A DNA stretch of 33,902 nt from Planctomycetota bacterium (GCA_036724695.1 DAIMFJ010000001.1:1-33902), one strand, 5' to 3'. Shown: positions 1 through 9,867, counted from the stretch's first letter. Notes: generated by a model from the letters alone, not told the origin. Translations and numbers: made by a program.

Positions 1-102
1 CGCCAGGGCCGCACCGACGAGGCGCGCGGCCTCGTGCAGCGCGCGTTGGCCGCCGAACCGGGCAACCGCGAAGCGCAACAGCTGCAGGCCCAATTGCGCT
101 GA
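1..102 (+). CDS. 3' end of a TPR-like protein; the 5' end lies outside the window
   Basis: Frame 1 reads RQGRTDEARGLVQRALAAEPGNREAQQLQAQLR then TGA at 100-102. G/C-rich third positions. The sequence looks like a terminal TPR helix pair. Not in the ORF track because it is edge-truncated. Confidence 0.4.
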   Translation, partial: RQGRTDEARGLVQRALAAEPGNREAQQLQAQLR

Positions 103-104
103 CG

Positions 105-123
105 GACGCGCCTCCCGCGCGTC
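105..123. terminator. Short GC hairpin between convergent genes (GACGCGC-ctccc-GCGCGTC)
   Basis: A perfect 7-bp inverted repeat (105-111 / 117-123) with a 5-nt loop fills the 19-nt gap between two convergent stop codons. No U-tract follows. Confidence 0.3.
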
Positions 124-1588
124 ACTTGCCGCCGGCGAGGCGCTCGACCTGTTCGAGGTACTGGGCGACGTTGTCGCGCGGTTTGACCGCCTGGGCGCGC
201 TCGAGCAGCGGCAGCGCGTCACGGTACTTGCCCTGGCCGATCAGCAGCTGGGCGTGGCGCACCTTGGCGTCGGCCTCGTAGCTCTCGATGCCGGCGGCGC
301 GTTCGTAGTAGAAGATCGCCTTCTCGGGATTGCCGGTGCGCTGGCTGTGCTGTCCGAGCAGCAGCAGCGCCTCACCGTCGAGCGGATCGAGCGCGACGAT
401 CTGCTCGAGCACGCGCGCTTCCTCCTCGCCGGCCCCTTCGGCCATCGCCAGCCGCGAGCGCAGGAACAGGAGTTCCTTCTTCTGCGCATCGGCGAGCTTG
501 GGCCCGTAGACGGTGTCCAGGACGCCGAGCAACGCGCGGGTCTCCTCGAACGCGCCGCGCGCGATCAGCACACGCACCGCCCGGATCGCCCGCTCGGGAT
601 TCTGCTGGCCGGCGTCGATCGCGCGCATGTACGCGGCGACGGCGAGGTCGAACAACTCGTCGTTGACGTAGATGTCGCCGAGCGTGTTCAGCGTGTCGGG
701 CGTCGACTGGCCGAGGCGATCGACCATCTCGAGGCATTCCGCCGCCTTGGCGGCCTGGTTCAGGCCGAGGTAGGCGTTGCCCTGCAGCATCCAGAAGTCG
801 CCGCGGTCCGGATCCCGCTTCAGCAACGGGTCGAGCAAGGCAGCCGCTTCGGCGAAGCGTTGCTGCTCGAACAGGCTGCGGGCCAGGCCGAGCTGCCAGT
901 CGAGCAGTTTCGGGTCGAGCAGGCAGGCCATCCGGTAGGCGGATTCCGCCGCCAGGTGCGAGCCCTGGTTGGCGTGGCTGTAGCCGAGCAGGCCGTAGAC
1001 GGTCGAGTCGCCGCCGCCGAGTTCGAGCACGCGCACGAAGCCGTCCGCGGCGTCGACGTACTCGGTGCGGCGCACGTGGATCAGCGCCATGTTGCGCCAC
1101 GCGCGGCGGAACTTCGGGAACTTGTCGACGGCAGCGCGGTAGGCGAGCAGGGCTTCGTCGAGGCGTTCCTGCTGGAAGTGCAGGTTGGCGATCGTGAAGT
1201 CGACGACCGCCGAGGTGTTCGGACCGGCAGCGGCTTCGAGGAGGCGCTGCGCCTCGCCGGTCTTCTCGGCTGCGATCAGGTCGAAGACCTTCTGCATCAG
1301 GTCGCGCTCGCTGACCGACAGCCGCGGCTCGACCTCGCTCTCGGCGGCGTAGCTGAGCGTGAACTGGCGCCGGAACGCCTCGCTGCGCCAGATCGCGGTC
1401 TCCTGCGGGGATTGCGGGGGCAGCGGCGCGCTGGCGCTCGCCGCAGCCGACGGCGCGGAGGCGGCCGCGGTGGTCGCCGGACGCTCGGCAGGTGCCGTGC
1501 GAACCACGAGACGGGACAGGCGTTGGTCGGCATCGGCCGCACAGGCGGCGAGCAGCAAGGTCACGAGGATCGGAGCACGCATGGTCAT
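122..1588 (-). CDS. TPR-repeat lipoprotein, last gene of the Ton cluster (TtpD-like position)
   Basis: ORF 122-1663, trimmed to ATG 1588 (MTMRAPILVTLLLAAC, signal peptide plus lipobox LAAC). This ATG overlaps the TonB stop as ATGA. The body consists of many TPR-like helix pairs. A TPR protein follows tonB2 in Vibrio TonB2 loci. Confidence 0.75.
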   Translation of the reverse strand: MTMRAPILVTLLLAACAADADQRLSRLVVRTAPAERPATTAAASAPSAAASASAPLPPQSPQETAIWRSEAFRRQFTLSYAAESEVEPRLSVSERDLMQKVFDLIAAEKTGEAQRLLEAAAGPNTSAVVDFTIANLHFQQERLDEALLAYRAAVDKFPKFRRAWRNMALIHVRRTEYVDAADGFVRVLELGGGDSTVYGLLGYSHANQGSHLAAESAYRMACLLDPKLLDWQLGLARSLFEQQRFAEAAALLDPLLKRDPDRGDFWMLQGNAYLGLNQAAKAAECLEMVDRLGQSTPDTLNTLGDIYVNDELFDLAVAAYMRAIDAGQQNPERAIRAVRVLIARGAFEETRALLGVLDTVYGPKLADAQKKELLFLRSRLAMAEGAGEEEARVLEQIVALDPLDGEALLLLGQHSQRTGNPEKAIFYYERAAGIESYEADAKVRHAQLLIGQGKYRDALPLLERAQAVKPRDNVAQYLEQVERLAGGK

Positions 1589-2241
1589 TTCGGGAAGGTG
1601 AAGGGTTGGCGCACACGGAACCGGACCGGCTGGCCCTTGCGCTTGCCCGGTTCGAAGCGCCATTGCTTGACGGCGGCGATCGCCGCATTGTCGAACTGTG
1701 GGTCGCCGGGGCTCTGCACGACCGGGTTCTCGACGCGGCCGAGTTCGTTGACGGTGAACAGCACGTAGACCGTGGCGCCGCCCTTCTTGCGCATCTGCGG
1801 CGTCAGCTGCGGCTGCGTCTGCACGATCGCGCGCGGCTTCTGGTCGAGGTCGGCGAGCGAGAAGATCTGGTCGACCTCACCGGCGCGGTTGGCGATGCCG
1901 TCGAGCTTGATCGCGAAGTCGCCGCCGATGCCACCGCCCATGCCGGGATTGAGCGCCAGCTCGAGCTGCGACAGGTCGAGCGGCTGCGGGGCATCCGAGA
2001 GCTGCGGCGGCGGTTCGTCGGGCTCGTCCGGTTCGGGCTCGGGCTCGGGCGGCGGCGGTGGCGGCGGCAGGTTGGCGACGTCCACGTCGCGCACCAGCAA
2101 CAGGTCCTCGCGCACGCTGCCGATGACCTGGGTCAGCGGCAGCACGAAGAAGAACACGGCCGTCAGCAGCACCGCGCCGAACAGGGTCTTGGCGGTGCGC
2201 CACAGCGCGTTCGGTCGTTTGTGGTAGGTCGGTTCGAGCAC
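1585..2241 (-). CDS. tonB: TonB energy transducer
   Basis: 218 aa. It has an N-terminal TM anchor (LFGAVLLTAVFFFVL), a Pro-rich spacer (PPPPPPPEPEPEPDEPDEPPP) and a C-terminal TonB_C-like domain (NPVVQSPGDPQFDNAAIAAVKQWRFEPGKRKGQP). It lies directly after exbB-exbD. Confidence 0.85.
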   Translation of the reverse strand: MLEPTYHKRPNALWRTAKTLFGAVLLTAVFFFVLPLTQVIGSVREDLLLVRDVDVANLPPPPPPPEPEPEPDEPDEPPPQLSDAPQPLDLSQLELALNPGMGGGIGGDFAIKLDGIANRAGEVDQIFSLADLDQKPRAIVQTQPQLTPQMRKKGGATVYVLFTVNELGRVENPVVQSPGDPQFDNAAIAAVKQWRFEPGKRKGQPVRFRVRQPFTFPK

Positions 2242-2248
2242 TGGCGCC

Positions 2249-2662
2249 TCAACTGCGTTTGGCGACGGTCGCGACGCTGACCTTCTCGGCGCCGGCGAGC
2301 TTGCACTCGTCGATCACGCGCACGACCAGTCCGTAGTTCGCGTTCGTGTCGCCTTGCAGGATCACCGGCAGTTGTTCCTTCTGGATCTTCTGCTTGACCA
2401 TCGGCTGCACACCACCGATGCCGATGTTGCGGCCGTCGAAGATCACCTCGCCGTTGGCGGTGATCGCGATCAGGATGCTGGTCTTCTCGAGGCGAGATGC
2501 CGACGCGGCCTGCGGTTTGTCGACCTCGACACCGGTCTCCTCGACGAACGTCGTGGTGACGATGAAGAAGATCAGCAGGATGAAGACGCAGTCGATCATG
2601 GGACCCATGTCGATCTGACCTTCGTTGCCGTCGTCGCTGGCGACTTCGCGGAATCTGCCCAT
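2249..2662 (-). CDS. exbD: ExbD/TolR biopolymer transport protein
   Basis: 137 aa. It has the characteristic single TM (MIDCVFILLIFFIV) and a periplasmic domain (ILIAITANGEVIFDG...PVILQGD...VVRVIDECKLAG). Confidence 0.9.
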   Translation of the reverse strand: MGRFREVASDDGNEGQIDMGPMIDCVFILLIFFIVTTTFVEETGVEVDKPQAASASRLEKTSILIAITANGEVIFDGRNIGIGGVQPMVKQKIQKEQLPVILQGDTNANYGLVVRVIDECKLAGAEKVSVATVAKRS

Positions 2663-2686
2663 GGTGGTCGGTTCGTTGGGAGCGGC

Positions 2687-3331
2687 TCAGGCCGCCGGTT
2701 CGCGCCGCCGGCTGGCGAGGCGCTTGTAGAGGTCTTGGGTGCACACGGTCTCGACGTGCGCGAGGAACGACTGGTAGGCGTCGAACTGCCGGCTCAGCAG
2801 GTACCCGAAGAAGACGCCCGGCAACGCGACGATCAGGCCGGTTTCGGTGGTGATCAGCGCCTCGCTGATGCCCTTGGCGACCTGGCCCATCGTCTGGTCG
2901 CCGCCGGCCCCGCCGGCCAATGCCTTGAAGGTGCCGAGCATGCCGGTCACCGTGCCGAGCAGCCCGAGCAGCGGCGCTGCGGCGACACACACCTTCATGA
3001 CCCGCAGGTCGCGCCGGAACGGCGCCAACTCCGTGGCGCGCAGTTCCTCGAACGCGAGCGCCATCTGCGGCACCGTCTGGATGCCGGCGACGCTGTGCAG
3101 CAGGCGGCCGATCGGCCCTTCGCGATCCTCCGGGATGCGCAGCCAACGCCGCCAGACGTTCTCGGGCACCGATTGGAAGCCCTTGTCCGCGAAGCGAAAG
3201 CGGATCCGCAGCCCCAGATGGAACATCAGGATCGCGATGCCGGCGATCGGGACCATGCACCAGCCGCCGCCGACCCAGACGCGCAGCGCCTCGGACCAGA
3301 GCCGTGCCAGTTCTTCGGTGAGGTTGTCCAT
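2687..3331 (-). CDS. exbB: ExbB (MotA/TolQ/ExbB proton channel)
   Basis: 214 aa with the family signature APLLGLLGTVTGM...GISEALITTETGLIVALP. Confidence 0.9.
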   Translation of the reverse strand: MDNLTEELARLWSEALRVWVGGGWCMVPIAGIAILMFHLGLRIRFRFADKGFQSVPENVWRRWLRIPEDREGPIGRLLHSVAGIQTVPQMALAFEELRATELAPFRRDLRVMKVCVAAAPLLGLLGTVTGMLGTFKALAGGAGGDQTMGQVAKGISEALITTETGLIVALPGVFFGYLLSRQFDAYQSFLAHVETVCTQDLYKRLASRRREPAA

Positions 3332-3355
3332 CGCGTTGACGGGTCGGGCGCGGGA

Positions 3356-4795
3356 TCAGGCCGACAGGGCTTCGACCGGCGTGGTCGGCAGCTGTGGCTG
3401 CTTGGCGATCTGGTTGACGAGAGCCACCGCCGACTTCTCCATGTCGTCGAGCACGGCCTTCGCCTTGCGCGACAACAGTGCGTGCAGCAGCAGCGACGGG
3501 ATCGCCACGTAGAGGCCGAGTTCGGTGGTGATCAGCGCCTCGGAGATACCGCTCGACAGCGTCTTCACGTCGCCGGTACCGAACAGCGTCATCAGCGAGA
3601 ACGTGTTCATGATGCCGGTCACCGTGCCGAGCAGTCCGAGAAGCGGCGCCGACGACGCGGTGATCGCGATGAACGGCAACCAGCTCTGCACCTTCAGCTT
3701 GGTCGACAGCACCTTCTCGTACATGACCTCTTCGATCAGCTCGCGCGGTTCGTGCAGGTGCTCGACGCCGACCGCGAGCATCTCGCCGGACGGTCCAGCC
3801 AGCACTTCGGAGATTCGCCGCGCCGCGGGCAGATCGCGCTGGGCGACGGCGTCGAGCAGCTGTCGGACCCGCTTTGGCGACGGCTTGCGGACCGCCAGCA
3901 GCGACAGCCACTTGGCGAGCGCGACCAGCAGCGCCAACAACGCGATGCCGACGATCGGGTAGACGACCGGGCCACCCTTCTTCAGGTGCTCGAGGAACGA
4001 ATCGTCGATCGCCGCGACCTTGTGGGCGTTGCCGAGCGTCGGATCGAGTGGCAGCAGGCCTTCCTGGTTGGCCAGCATGTGGTCGGCGTGCTTGACCAGT
4101 TCGGGATCCTGGAAGGCGAGCACCGCCGGTTCGCTGGAGTCGAGGCGCTGTTCTGCGGTGCCGAACGTCTTGCCGTCGACGCCGCGGAAGAACAGCAGCG
4201 GCCCGATCGCCGTGAAGTTGCCCTGATTGACCAGACCGGTGCCGTCGGCGGCGTGGCCGGGGAACCGCGCGCCGCCGCCCGCCTCGAGCAGGCGGTCGAT
4301 CGACGCGGCGACCAGTGCCGTCTGGGCGGACCAGACCTCGCTCGGCGCAGCCGCGGAGTTCTCGGCGGCCAGCTTGGCCCGCGCGAGGGCCTCGGCCTGG
4401 TGCTGCCGTTCGGCGACGTGCAGGCCCGACTCGAAGTTGCGTACGTACTCGGCGAGCAGGTTCGACAGGTACGCCGCTTCGTCCTGCCGCAGCTTGATCT
4501 CGGTGCGCAGATTGCCCAGGTCCAGCGTGCGGCTGTCGAGCAACCGGGTCTTGGCCTGGAAGTCGGCGCGCACCTTCTGCAGCTCGGCTTCGAGTTCGGC
4601 GATCCGCCTGGTCATCGGCACCTTCTCGTTGGCGATCTCCTCGCGGAGCGCTGCCAGCTTCTGCACGCTTTCGGTGAGTTGCCGCTCGAGGTTCGTGGTC
4701 GCCTGTTCGAACGGGATCTTGTCGATTTCGCCCTGCGCGGTCAGCGCGGTGCCGGCGAACAGGACGGCGAGCGATGCGTTACGGAATGCTCTCAT
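3356..4795 (-). CDS. Long MotA/TolQ/ExbB-family protein with a large N-terminal periplasmic coiled-coil domain (TtpC-like)
   Basis: ORF 3356-5470, trimmed to ATG 4795 (MRAFRNASLAVLFAGTALTAQG signal peptide). The part upstream of that ATG is R/G/P-rich junk overlapping the neighbouring gene. The C-terminal third carries the ExbB signature (APLLGLLGTVTGIM...GISEALITTELGLYVAIP). 479 aa. Confidence 0.8.
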   Translation of the reverse strand: MRAFRNASLAVLFAGTALTAQGEIDKIPFEQATTNLERQLTESVQKLAALREEIANEKVPMTRRIAELEAELQKVRADFQAKTRLLDSRTLDLGNLRTEIKLRQDEAAYLSNLLAEYVRNFESGLHVAERQHQAEALARAKLAAENSAAAPSEVWSAQTALVAASIDRLLEAGGGARFPGHAADGTGLVNQGNFTAIGPLLFFRGVDGKTFGTAEQRLDSSEPAVLAFQDPELVKHADHMLANQEGLLPLDPTLGNAHKVAAIDDSFLEHLKKGGPVVYPIVGIALLALLVALAKWLSLLAVRKPSPKRVRQLLDAVAQRDLPAARRISEVLAGPSGEMLAVGVEHLHEPRELIEEVMYEKVLSTKLKVQSWLPFIAITASSAPLLGLLGTVTGIMNTFSLMTLFGTGDVKTLSSGISEALITTELGLYVAIPSLLLHALLSRKAKAVLDDMEKSAVALVNQIAKQPQLPTTPVEALSA

Positions 4796-4812
4796 GGGAT
4801 GGACTCTCGCGC

Positions 4813-5604
4813 TCACAGCAACTTGACCGGCAGCGGCACGAACGCGGCCACCTGCTCGCCCTTCTTGATCGCCACGGCCGTCGCGATCGCCGCGGCGAAC
4901 CCGGGCGTGGCCGTCCACACGAAACCCTGGTCGCCCGGCGCCCCGGTGCCGGCCTCCTTGCCGTCGTCGGTGACGTCGTAGGCCAGCGCGATGCCGAAGT
5001 AGAGCACGTTGACCTCGGCGGTGCGGCCGCCCTGCAGGTTGCGGACCTCGCGGGCCAGATGGATGTCGCGCTGGAACTTGTTGACCTCGTTCAGCACGCC
5101 GACCACGTTCTGGAAGCGCTCGCTCAGCGAGAGCTTGGTCTCGGTGGCCGTGGTCGGGATGCGCTGGCTCAGCGGCGCGATGCGCTGCCGCAGCGGGTCC
5201 GGCAGGCGGCCAAGCAGAGTCCGCGTCTTCTGCTCGAGGACCACCACCTGTTCGGCGAGGACCTTGGCGTTCTGCTGCAGCTGTTCGTTCTGCGTGGCGA
5301 GGTCGCCGCGCTTCTGGTCGGCCTCGCCGATCGACTGCTCGGCCTCGCCGATGCGCTTCTGCAGCGACTCGGTCTCGCGTTGGATCAAGTCCATGCGATC
5401 GCGCAGCAGCTCGCGGCCGACGCGCCACTCCTGCTTCTCCTGCGAGTACAGGCGGCTCGTCGCCACCCATTGCTGCAGGGTCGAACGGGTCGAGGTGACG
5501 CGGTCGGGGGCGGCCGGATCCTGCTGGCCGTGCGCGAAGCCGACGCAGCCGAGGGCGAACGCCAGGGCGGCGACTCGGCTGCTGGCGCTGGTGGAGAAGG
5601 TCAT
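4813..5604 (-). CDS. DUF3450-like periplasmic coiled-coil protein (TtpB-like)
   Basis: ORF 4813-5670, trimmed to ATG 5604 (MTFSTSASSRVAALAFALGCVGFAHG signal peptide). A long coiled coil is followed by a globular C-terminus ending in PLPVKLL. It occupies the position before the TtpC-like gene, as in TonB2 loci. Confidence 0.7.
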   Translation of the reverse strand: MTFSTSASSRVAALAFALGCVGFAHGQQDPAAPDRVTSTRSTLQQWVATSRLYSQEKQEWRVGRELLRDRMDLIQRETESLQKRIGEAEQSIGEADQKRGDLATQNEQLQQNAKVLAEQVVVLEQKTRTLLGRLPDPLRQRIAPLSQRIPTTATETKLSLSERFQNVVGVLNEVNKFQRDIHLAREVRNLQGGRTAEVNVLYFGIALAYDVTDDGKEAGTGAPGDQGFVWTATPGFAAAIATAVAIKKGEQVAAFVPLPVKLL

Positions 5605-5650
5605 CGTCGTGGGTCCTGGAGTGCTTGGAGGTTCGACTGCCGCATGCGGC

Positions 5651-8611
5651 TCAGAAGCGGATCTCGCCACCGATCGACAGCGTGTAGTCGACGCCTTCGT
5701 GGTAGGAGGTCTTGGTGACGTCTGCCCCGATCGTGTCGCCGCGGTAGACTTCGCGGATCGACGGGTCGGTGAGGTTCTTGGCCTGGAAGACCAGCTTGAC
5801 GCCGCGGCCGAGGTTCTGGGTCAGGCTGAAGTTCAGGCGGTCGGTCTCGGTGGCGTACACGGTCGGTACGTAGCGGCCGTTCGACTCGCCGGCACCGGCG
5901 ACCAGCGTGTCACCGGTGACCGTGTAGAACAGGCCGAACTGCGTGCCGGTCGCCGCCAGATCCCAGGTCAGGAACACGTTGTAGAGGTGTTCCGGCGCGT
6001 TGGTCATCGGCCGTTCGGACATCGGCGCCTGGATGTTCGGCGCCTGGAACGCGAGTTGCTCGTCCTCCGGCAACTGCACCTTGCTGTCGATCAGGGTCGC
6101 GTTCGCACCGACGCCGACGCCTTCGAGCACGTCGACGAAATGACCCAGACTGTGGCGCGTCTCGAACTCCCAACCGCTCAGGCGACCGCTCGGGTAGTTC
6201 ACCGCCGTCGTGAAGTCGAACGACGAGATGCGCTGCACGTACTCGATCGGGCCTTCGAGGTCCTTCTGGAACCACGACACCGACCAGAGTCCGCCGTCGT
6301 ACGGCGTGTGGTCGAGCCGCACGTCGTAGTTCTTCAGGGCGCTCATCTGCAGGTCGGGATTGCCGATGAAGATCGGCCCGCCGGCGTACTCCTGCTGCAG
6401 GATCGGCGACAGTTCCTTGAACGTCTGGCGGGCGATCGTCTCGCTGTAGCCGAGCCGCAACGTCCACTTCTCGGCGGGCGTCACCACCATGCCCAGCGAC
6501 GGCAGCACGTCGTCCTGCGAGAAGTCGACGTCGGCGTCGCCAGGGTTCAGTTGCGTCGGTGCGGTGCTGCCCGGCGGCAGCCAGGTCGCGAAGGCCTCGG
6601 CCTCGTTGACGATGCCGATCCGCGTCGACTCGAAACGCACCCCGCCGATCAGGCTGACCGCGTCGAGCACCGGCACGTCGAGCATCAGGTAGCTCGCGTC
6701 GACGCGCATGCGGCCTTCGTAGTCGACGTCGAACTCCGATGCGCTGATCGGGTGGTTCTCGTACGGGAACGTCAGCGTCCAGCGCTGTTCCCACGGCGCG
6801 TTGAACGTGCTGTTGTCGCTGAAGTTGCTGAACGTGTCCTGGTCGAACGTGCGTTCGACGCGATCGCTGAACCAGCCGGTCTTGAAGTAGCCCTTCTCGT
6901 CCTCGCCGAACCGGAACGGCACCTTGAAGTTGACGTTCGCCTGTTCGCTGGTCTCCTCGATGACCTCCCAGACGCGCTGCAGGTTGCCGAGGGTGAACAC
7001 CGCGCCGGGCTTGAAGCCGACGTACGCCGGCGGGAACACCAACCCACCACCGGCGTCGAACCCCGGCGTCCACAGCGACCCGAACTGCCGTTTGTCCGGC
7101 TCGTTCGACTCGGCGCGCGACTTCGCGACCGTCCAGTCGAACACCGGGGCGAGGTCGTCGGCGAGCGTGCCGAGCTGCAGCGAGTGCCGACCGGACAACT
7201 GCAGCGTCTCGGTCGTGCGTTCCTGGTAGTTCAGCGTCTCGAGGCGCAGGTAGGGCGCCGAGTTGAACTGGAAGAAACCCGGCGACGCCTGGTTGGTCGG
7301 ATCGTAGCCAGGGTAGTAGTACTGCTTGCCGCGCGTGTCCTCGGCGATCGTCGCACTGTCCTCGGCACTGTGCGTGTACAGCTGCACGAACGTGATCGCG
7401 TGGTGCTCGCTCTCGATGCCGAGCGTCGCCAGTTCGCTCCACTGCACCGATTGCTTGCCCTGGCGCACGTCGAACAACGACGTCTTGAAGTCACCGTCCT
7501 GTGGCGTGCCTTGCACCGTCTTCGGCGACATCGGCTGGCCGGGGCTCTCGACCAGCCACGAGTCGTCGACGCCTTCGGTCAAGGCACTGTCGCGCTCGTA
7601 GAAGGCGCTGAACATGCCGCCGACCCGCCAACCGTCGGCGACCTCGAAGCTGGTCCCGAACGCGGTCGACAACTTGTAGTCGAGCGGGGCTTCGCCGTCG
7701 TCGACGCCGACCGCGCCGGCCCAGTTCTGGCCGAGTTTGTCGAGCTGCTGCGAACGGCGCGACGTGCCGCGCCCGAACGTGTCGAGGCCACCACCGTCGT
7801 AGGTCAGGAAGTCGGTGCGTCCGGTGACCTGCGTGTTGTGCTGCGTCTGCACGCGGTAGCGGAAGAACGACTCCTTCGGCACGCCCTTGAGGCGCACGTC
7901 GACGGCGCCGCCCGACGCATCGCCCTGCTGGTCGGGCGTGAACGTCTTGCTGACCTGGATGCTCTCGACCACCTCGGACGGGAACTGGTCGAGATCGACG
8001 GCGCGCTTGTCGGCGTCGGCGGTCGGCATGCGCACGCCGTTGAGCTGTGAACTGACATAGCGATCCGGAAGACCACGGATGACCGCGGACTTGCCGTCCT
8101 GCAGCGAGGCCCCGGCGACCAACCGCAGCGCCGCCGCCGCGTCGCTGGCGCCGGCCCGACTCATCAGGTCGGCGCCGACGCTGTCGAGCAGGGCTGGACT
8201 CTCGAAGCGCAACGCCAACAGCCCGGCTTCGCTGCTGCCCCCGACCGCGAGCACGTCCTGCACGACGAACTCCTCGAGGTCGGTGAAGTCCCCGGCCAGC
8301 TGGACGTCCAGATCGGTCAATTGGCCGCTCTGCACGACCACGCCGCTGCGCACGAGGCGCACGTAGCCTTCCTTGGCGAACACCAGCGTGTAGCGCCCCG
8401 GCGGCAGCTGCGGGATCGAGTAGTTGCCCTGGTCGCTGGTGACGACCACGAGGCCGGTCTCGACGACCGTGACCTGCACGCCCGGCAGCGAGTCGTCGAA
8501 GTCCTGGTCGCGCACCGAACCACGCACCGCACCCTGCTGCGCAGCGGCGGACGCGGCGATCGCCGCCGCGACGGCCGCGGCGAACAGATTGCGGATGCCG
8601 AGGTCTACCAC
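5651..8611 (-). CDS. TonB-dependent outer-membrane receptor with an N-terminal carboxypeptidase-regulatory-like domain
   Basis: This is the C-terminal 986 codons of ORF 5651-9838. The proposed GTG start at 8611 overlaps the upstream stop (GTGGTAG) and gives the signal peptide VVDLGIRNLFAAAVAAAIAASAAAQQ. A CarbopepD_reg-like segment (GYSIPQLPPGRYTLVFAKEGY) is followed by a plug (SAVIRGLPDRYVSSQLNG...ESIQVSKTFTPDQ), a long barrel and a terminal aromatic residue (...GGEIRF). The exact start is less certain than the gene call. Confidence 0.85.
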   Translation of the reverse strand: MVDLGIRNLFAAAVAAAIAASAAAQQGAVRGSVRDQDFDDSLPGVQVTVVETGLVVVTSDQGNYSIPQLPPGRYTLVFAKEGYVRLVRSGVVVQSGQLTDLDVQLAGDFTDLEEFVVQDVLAVGGSSEAGLLALRFESPALLDSVGADLMSRAGASDAAAALRLVAGASLQDGKSAVIRGLPDRYVSSQLNGVRMPTADADKRAVDLDQFPSEVVESIQVSKTFTPDQQGDASGGAVDVRLKGVPKESFFRYRVQTQHNTQVTGRTDFLTYDGGGLDTFGRGTSRRSQQLDKLGQNWAGAVGVDDGEAPLDYKLSTAFGTSFEVADGWRVGGMFSAFYERDSALTEGVDDSWLVESPGQPMSPKTVQGTPQDGDFKTSLFDVRQGKQSVQWSELATLGIESEHHAITFVQLYTHSAEDSATIAEDTRGKQYYYPGYDPTNQASPGFFQFNSAPYLRLETLNYQERTTETLQLSGRHSLQLGTLADDLAPVFDWTVAKSRAESNEPDKRQFGSLWTPGFDAGGGLVFPPAYVGFKPGAVFTLGNLQRVWEVIEETSEQANVNFKVPFRFGEDEKGYFKTGWFSDRVERTFDQDTFSNFSDNSTFNAPWEQRWTLTFPYENHPISASEFDVDYEGRMRVDASYLMLDVPVLDAVSLIGGVRFESTRIGIVNEAEAFATWLPPGSTAPTQLNPGDADVDFSQDDVLPSLGMVVTPAEKWTLRLGYSETIARQTFKELSPILQQEYAGGPIFIGNPDLQMSALKNYDVRLDHTPYDGGLWSVSWFQKDLEGPIEYVQRISSFDFTTAVNYPSGRLSGWEFETRHSLGHFVDVLEGVGVGANATLIDSKVQLPEDEQLAFQAPNIQAPMSERPMTNAPEHLYNVFLTWDLAATGTQFGLFYTVTGDTLVAGAGESNGRYVPTVYATETDRLNFSLTQNLGRGVKLVFQAKNLTDPSIREVYRGDTIGADVTKTSYHEGVDYTLSIGGEIRF

Positions 8612-9867
8612 GGGGCGCTGAGCTCCGACGCGATCGCCTCGACGCGCTGTACGAGGTCGGCGGGCGGAACGAAGCCACTGGCGAGCATCGCCAGGGTGGT
8701 CTTCGCGAGGTCTTCGACGCGCGGCCGACCGTTCGGGTTGGCCATGCCTTCGGTCAGCGCGAGGCGGAACGCGCTCGCGGCGCGGTCGCGATCGCCGAGC
8801 ACTGCGTAGCCGATCGCGATCGGGCGCAGCGCGTCGCCTCGGAACACGTCGACGATGCGTTCGCGCGTCGCTTCGTACTGCGCCATCGCGTCGTCGAGGC
8901 CGGCGCGTGCACCAGCCATGTCGCCGGCGCGGGCCAGCGAAGTGGCGACGCGCGCCCGCAGCGCCACCTGATCCTCGGGCAGCCAGCCCTTGCCGAGCAC
9001 CAGCGTGGTGCAGCGGTTGGCGAGCAGGCGCGCCACCTCGCGCTGCTCGGCGGCGGTCGCCGCGTCCGCGGCGGCGAGCAACACGTCGATGCGCATCGTC
9101 AGCGGCAGTTTCGGATAGGCGTTCTGCAACAGGTCGAGCAACCGCTCGCGCGCCGTTTCGTCGCCGGCGAAACGGGCCAACAGATGCACGCAGAGCTGCA
9201 ATGCGGGCTGCGCGCGGTCGACGTTCTCGCTGGCCAGCATCTGCTGCAGGTCGGCGATCTGGCGTTCGAGGTCCTGCGGGTCGAGCTGCGCGGCGCGCAC
9301 CTCGGCGAGGTTGGCCACCTCGGCGTCGACCAGCCCCTTGGTCAGTTCGCCGGCCGCTTCGTGGCGGCCCTGCGCCAGCCGCACCGCGGCGACCTTGGCG
9401 CGGATGCGGTCGCGACGCCACGCCTGCGCGTCGTCGCCGCGCATCGCGTCGTCGGCGATCTGCAGAGCCGAGGCCAGGAGCGCCTCGACGTCGGCGTCGA
9501 CCCGGTTCGCCACGCAATGGTCGGCGAGCTCGGCCAGGCACTGGCCGCGCTCCCAACCGCTGATGTCGGCACTCCAGGTGCGGGCACGCTCGAGCAGTCC
9601 GGCCTCGATGCAGCCGCCGACCAGCAACGCCTGGATGCGATTGCGGTTCTTGCGATGCGGGGCATCGGGCAGCAGGCCTGTCGCACGCCATGCTGCGGCG
9701 AGCAGCGCCTGGTGCTCGGGAGCGATCGCCGCGTCCGCGAAGGCACGCAACGCGGGCCCGGCCGTGGCAGGTGCCGCGACCGGCGAAGGCGACGTCGTAG
9801 CAGGTTCGCCGCAGGCCACCAGGGCCACGGCAGCGCACCTGGACTGGCTCTTGTGGTATATTCTCAT
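8605..9867 (-). CDS. Helical-repeat lipoprotein of unknown function
   Basis: ORF 8605-9978, trimmed to ATG 9867 (MRIYHKSQSRCAAVALVAC, canonical lipobox LVAC). The body is alpha-helical and Ala/Leu/Arg-rich with no recognisable catalytic motif. Its stop overlaps the receptor start. Confidence 0.7.
   Translation of the reverse strand: MRIYHKSQSRCAAVALVACGEPATTSPSPVAAPATAGPALRAFADAAIAPEHQALLAAAWRATGLLPDAPHRKNRNRIQALLVGGCIEAGLLERARTWSADISGWERGQCLAELADHCVANRVDADVEALLASALQIADDAMRGDDAQAWRRDRIRAKVAAVRLAQGRHEAAGELTKGLVDAEVANLAEVRAAQLDPQDLERQIADLQQMLASENVDRAQPALQLCVHLLARFAGDETARERLLDLLQNAYPKLPLTMRIDVLLAAADAATAAEQREVARLLANRCTTLVLGKGWLPEDQVALRARVATSLARAGDMAGARAGLDDAMAQYEATRERIVDVFRGDALRPIAIGYAVLGDRDRAASAFRLALTEGMANPNGRPRVEDLAKTTLAMLASGFVPPADLVQRVEAIASELSAPW

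Noticed and set aside
1985-2065. Tandem GGCTCGGGC/GGCGGC repeats at the DNA level
   Set aside because: These encode the Pro/Glu-rich periplasmic spacer of TonB (PPPPPPPEPEPEPDEPDEPPP), a normal feature of the protein and not an independent repeat element. The Gly/Ser linker region of the secretin near 25900-25975 is a similar case.
5009-8050. 1013-aa plus-strand ORF. Similar cases are 254-1768, 2354-4981, 8907-10056, 10650-11915, 15863-17731, 27566-29909 and 30387-32330.
   Set aside because: All are mirror-strand shadows of well-supported minus-strand genes. They are R/G/A/D-rich low-information translations with no signal peptides or domains.
8612-9838. N-terminal 409 codons of the 1395-aa ORF 5651-9838. 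Similar long 5' extensions occur in ORFs 3356-5470, 19890-24041, 24203-26986, 26410-27867, 27021-28412, 29578-31149 and 15743-17968.
   Set aside because: The extensions are Arg/Pro/Gly-rich, overlap the real upstream genes in other frames, and precede obvious signal peptides or class III signals at internal start codons. The CDS were trimmed accordingly.
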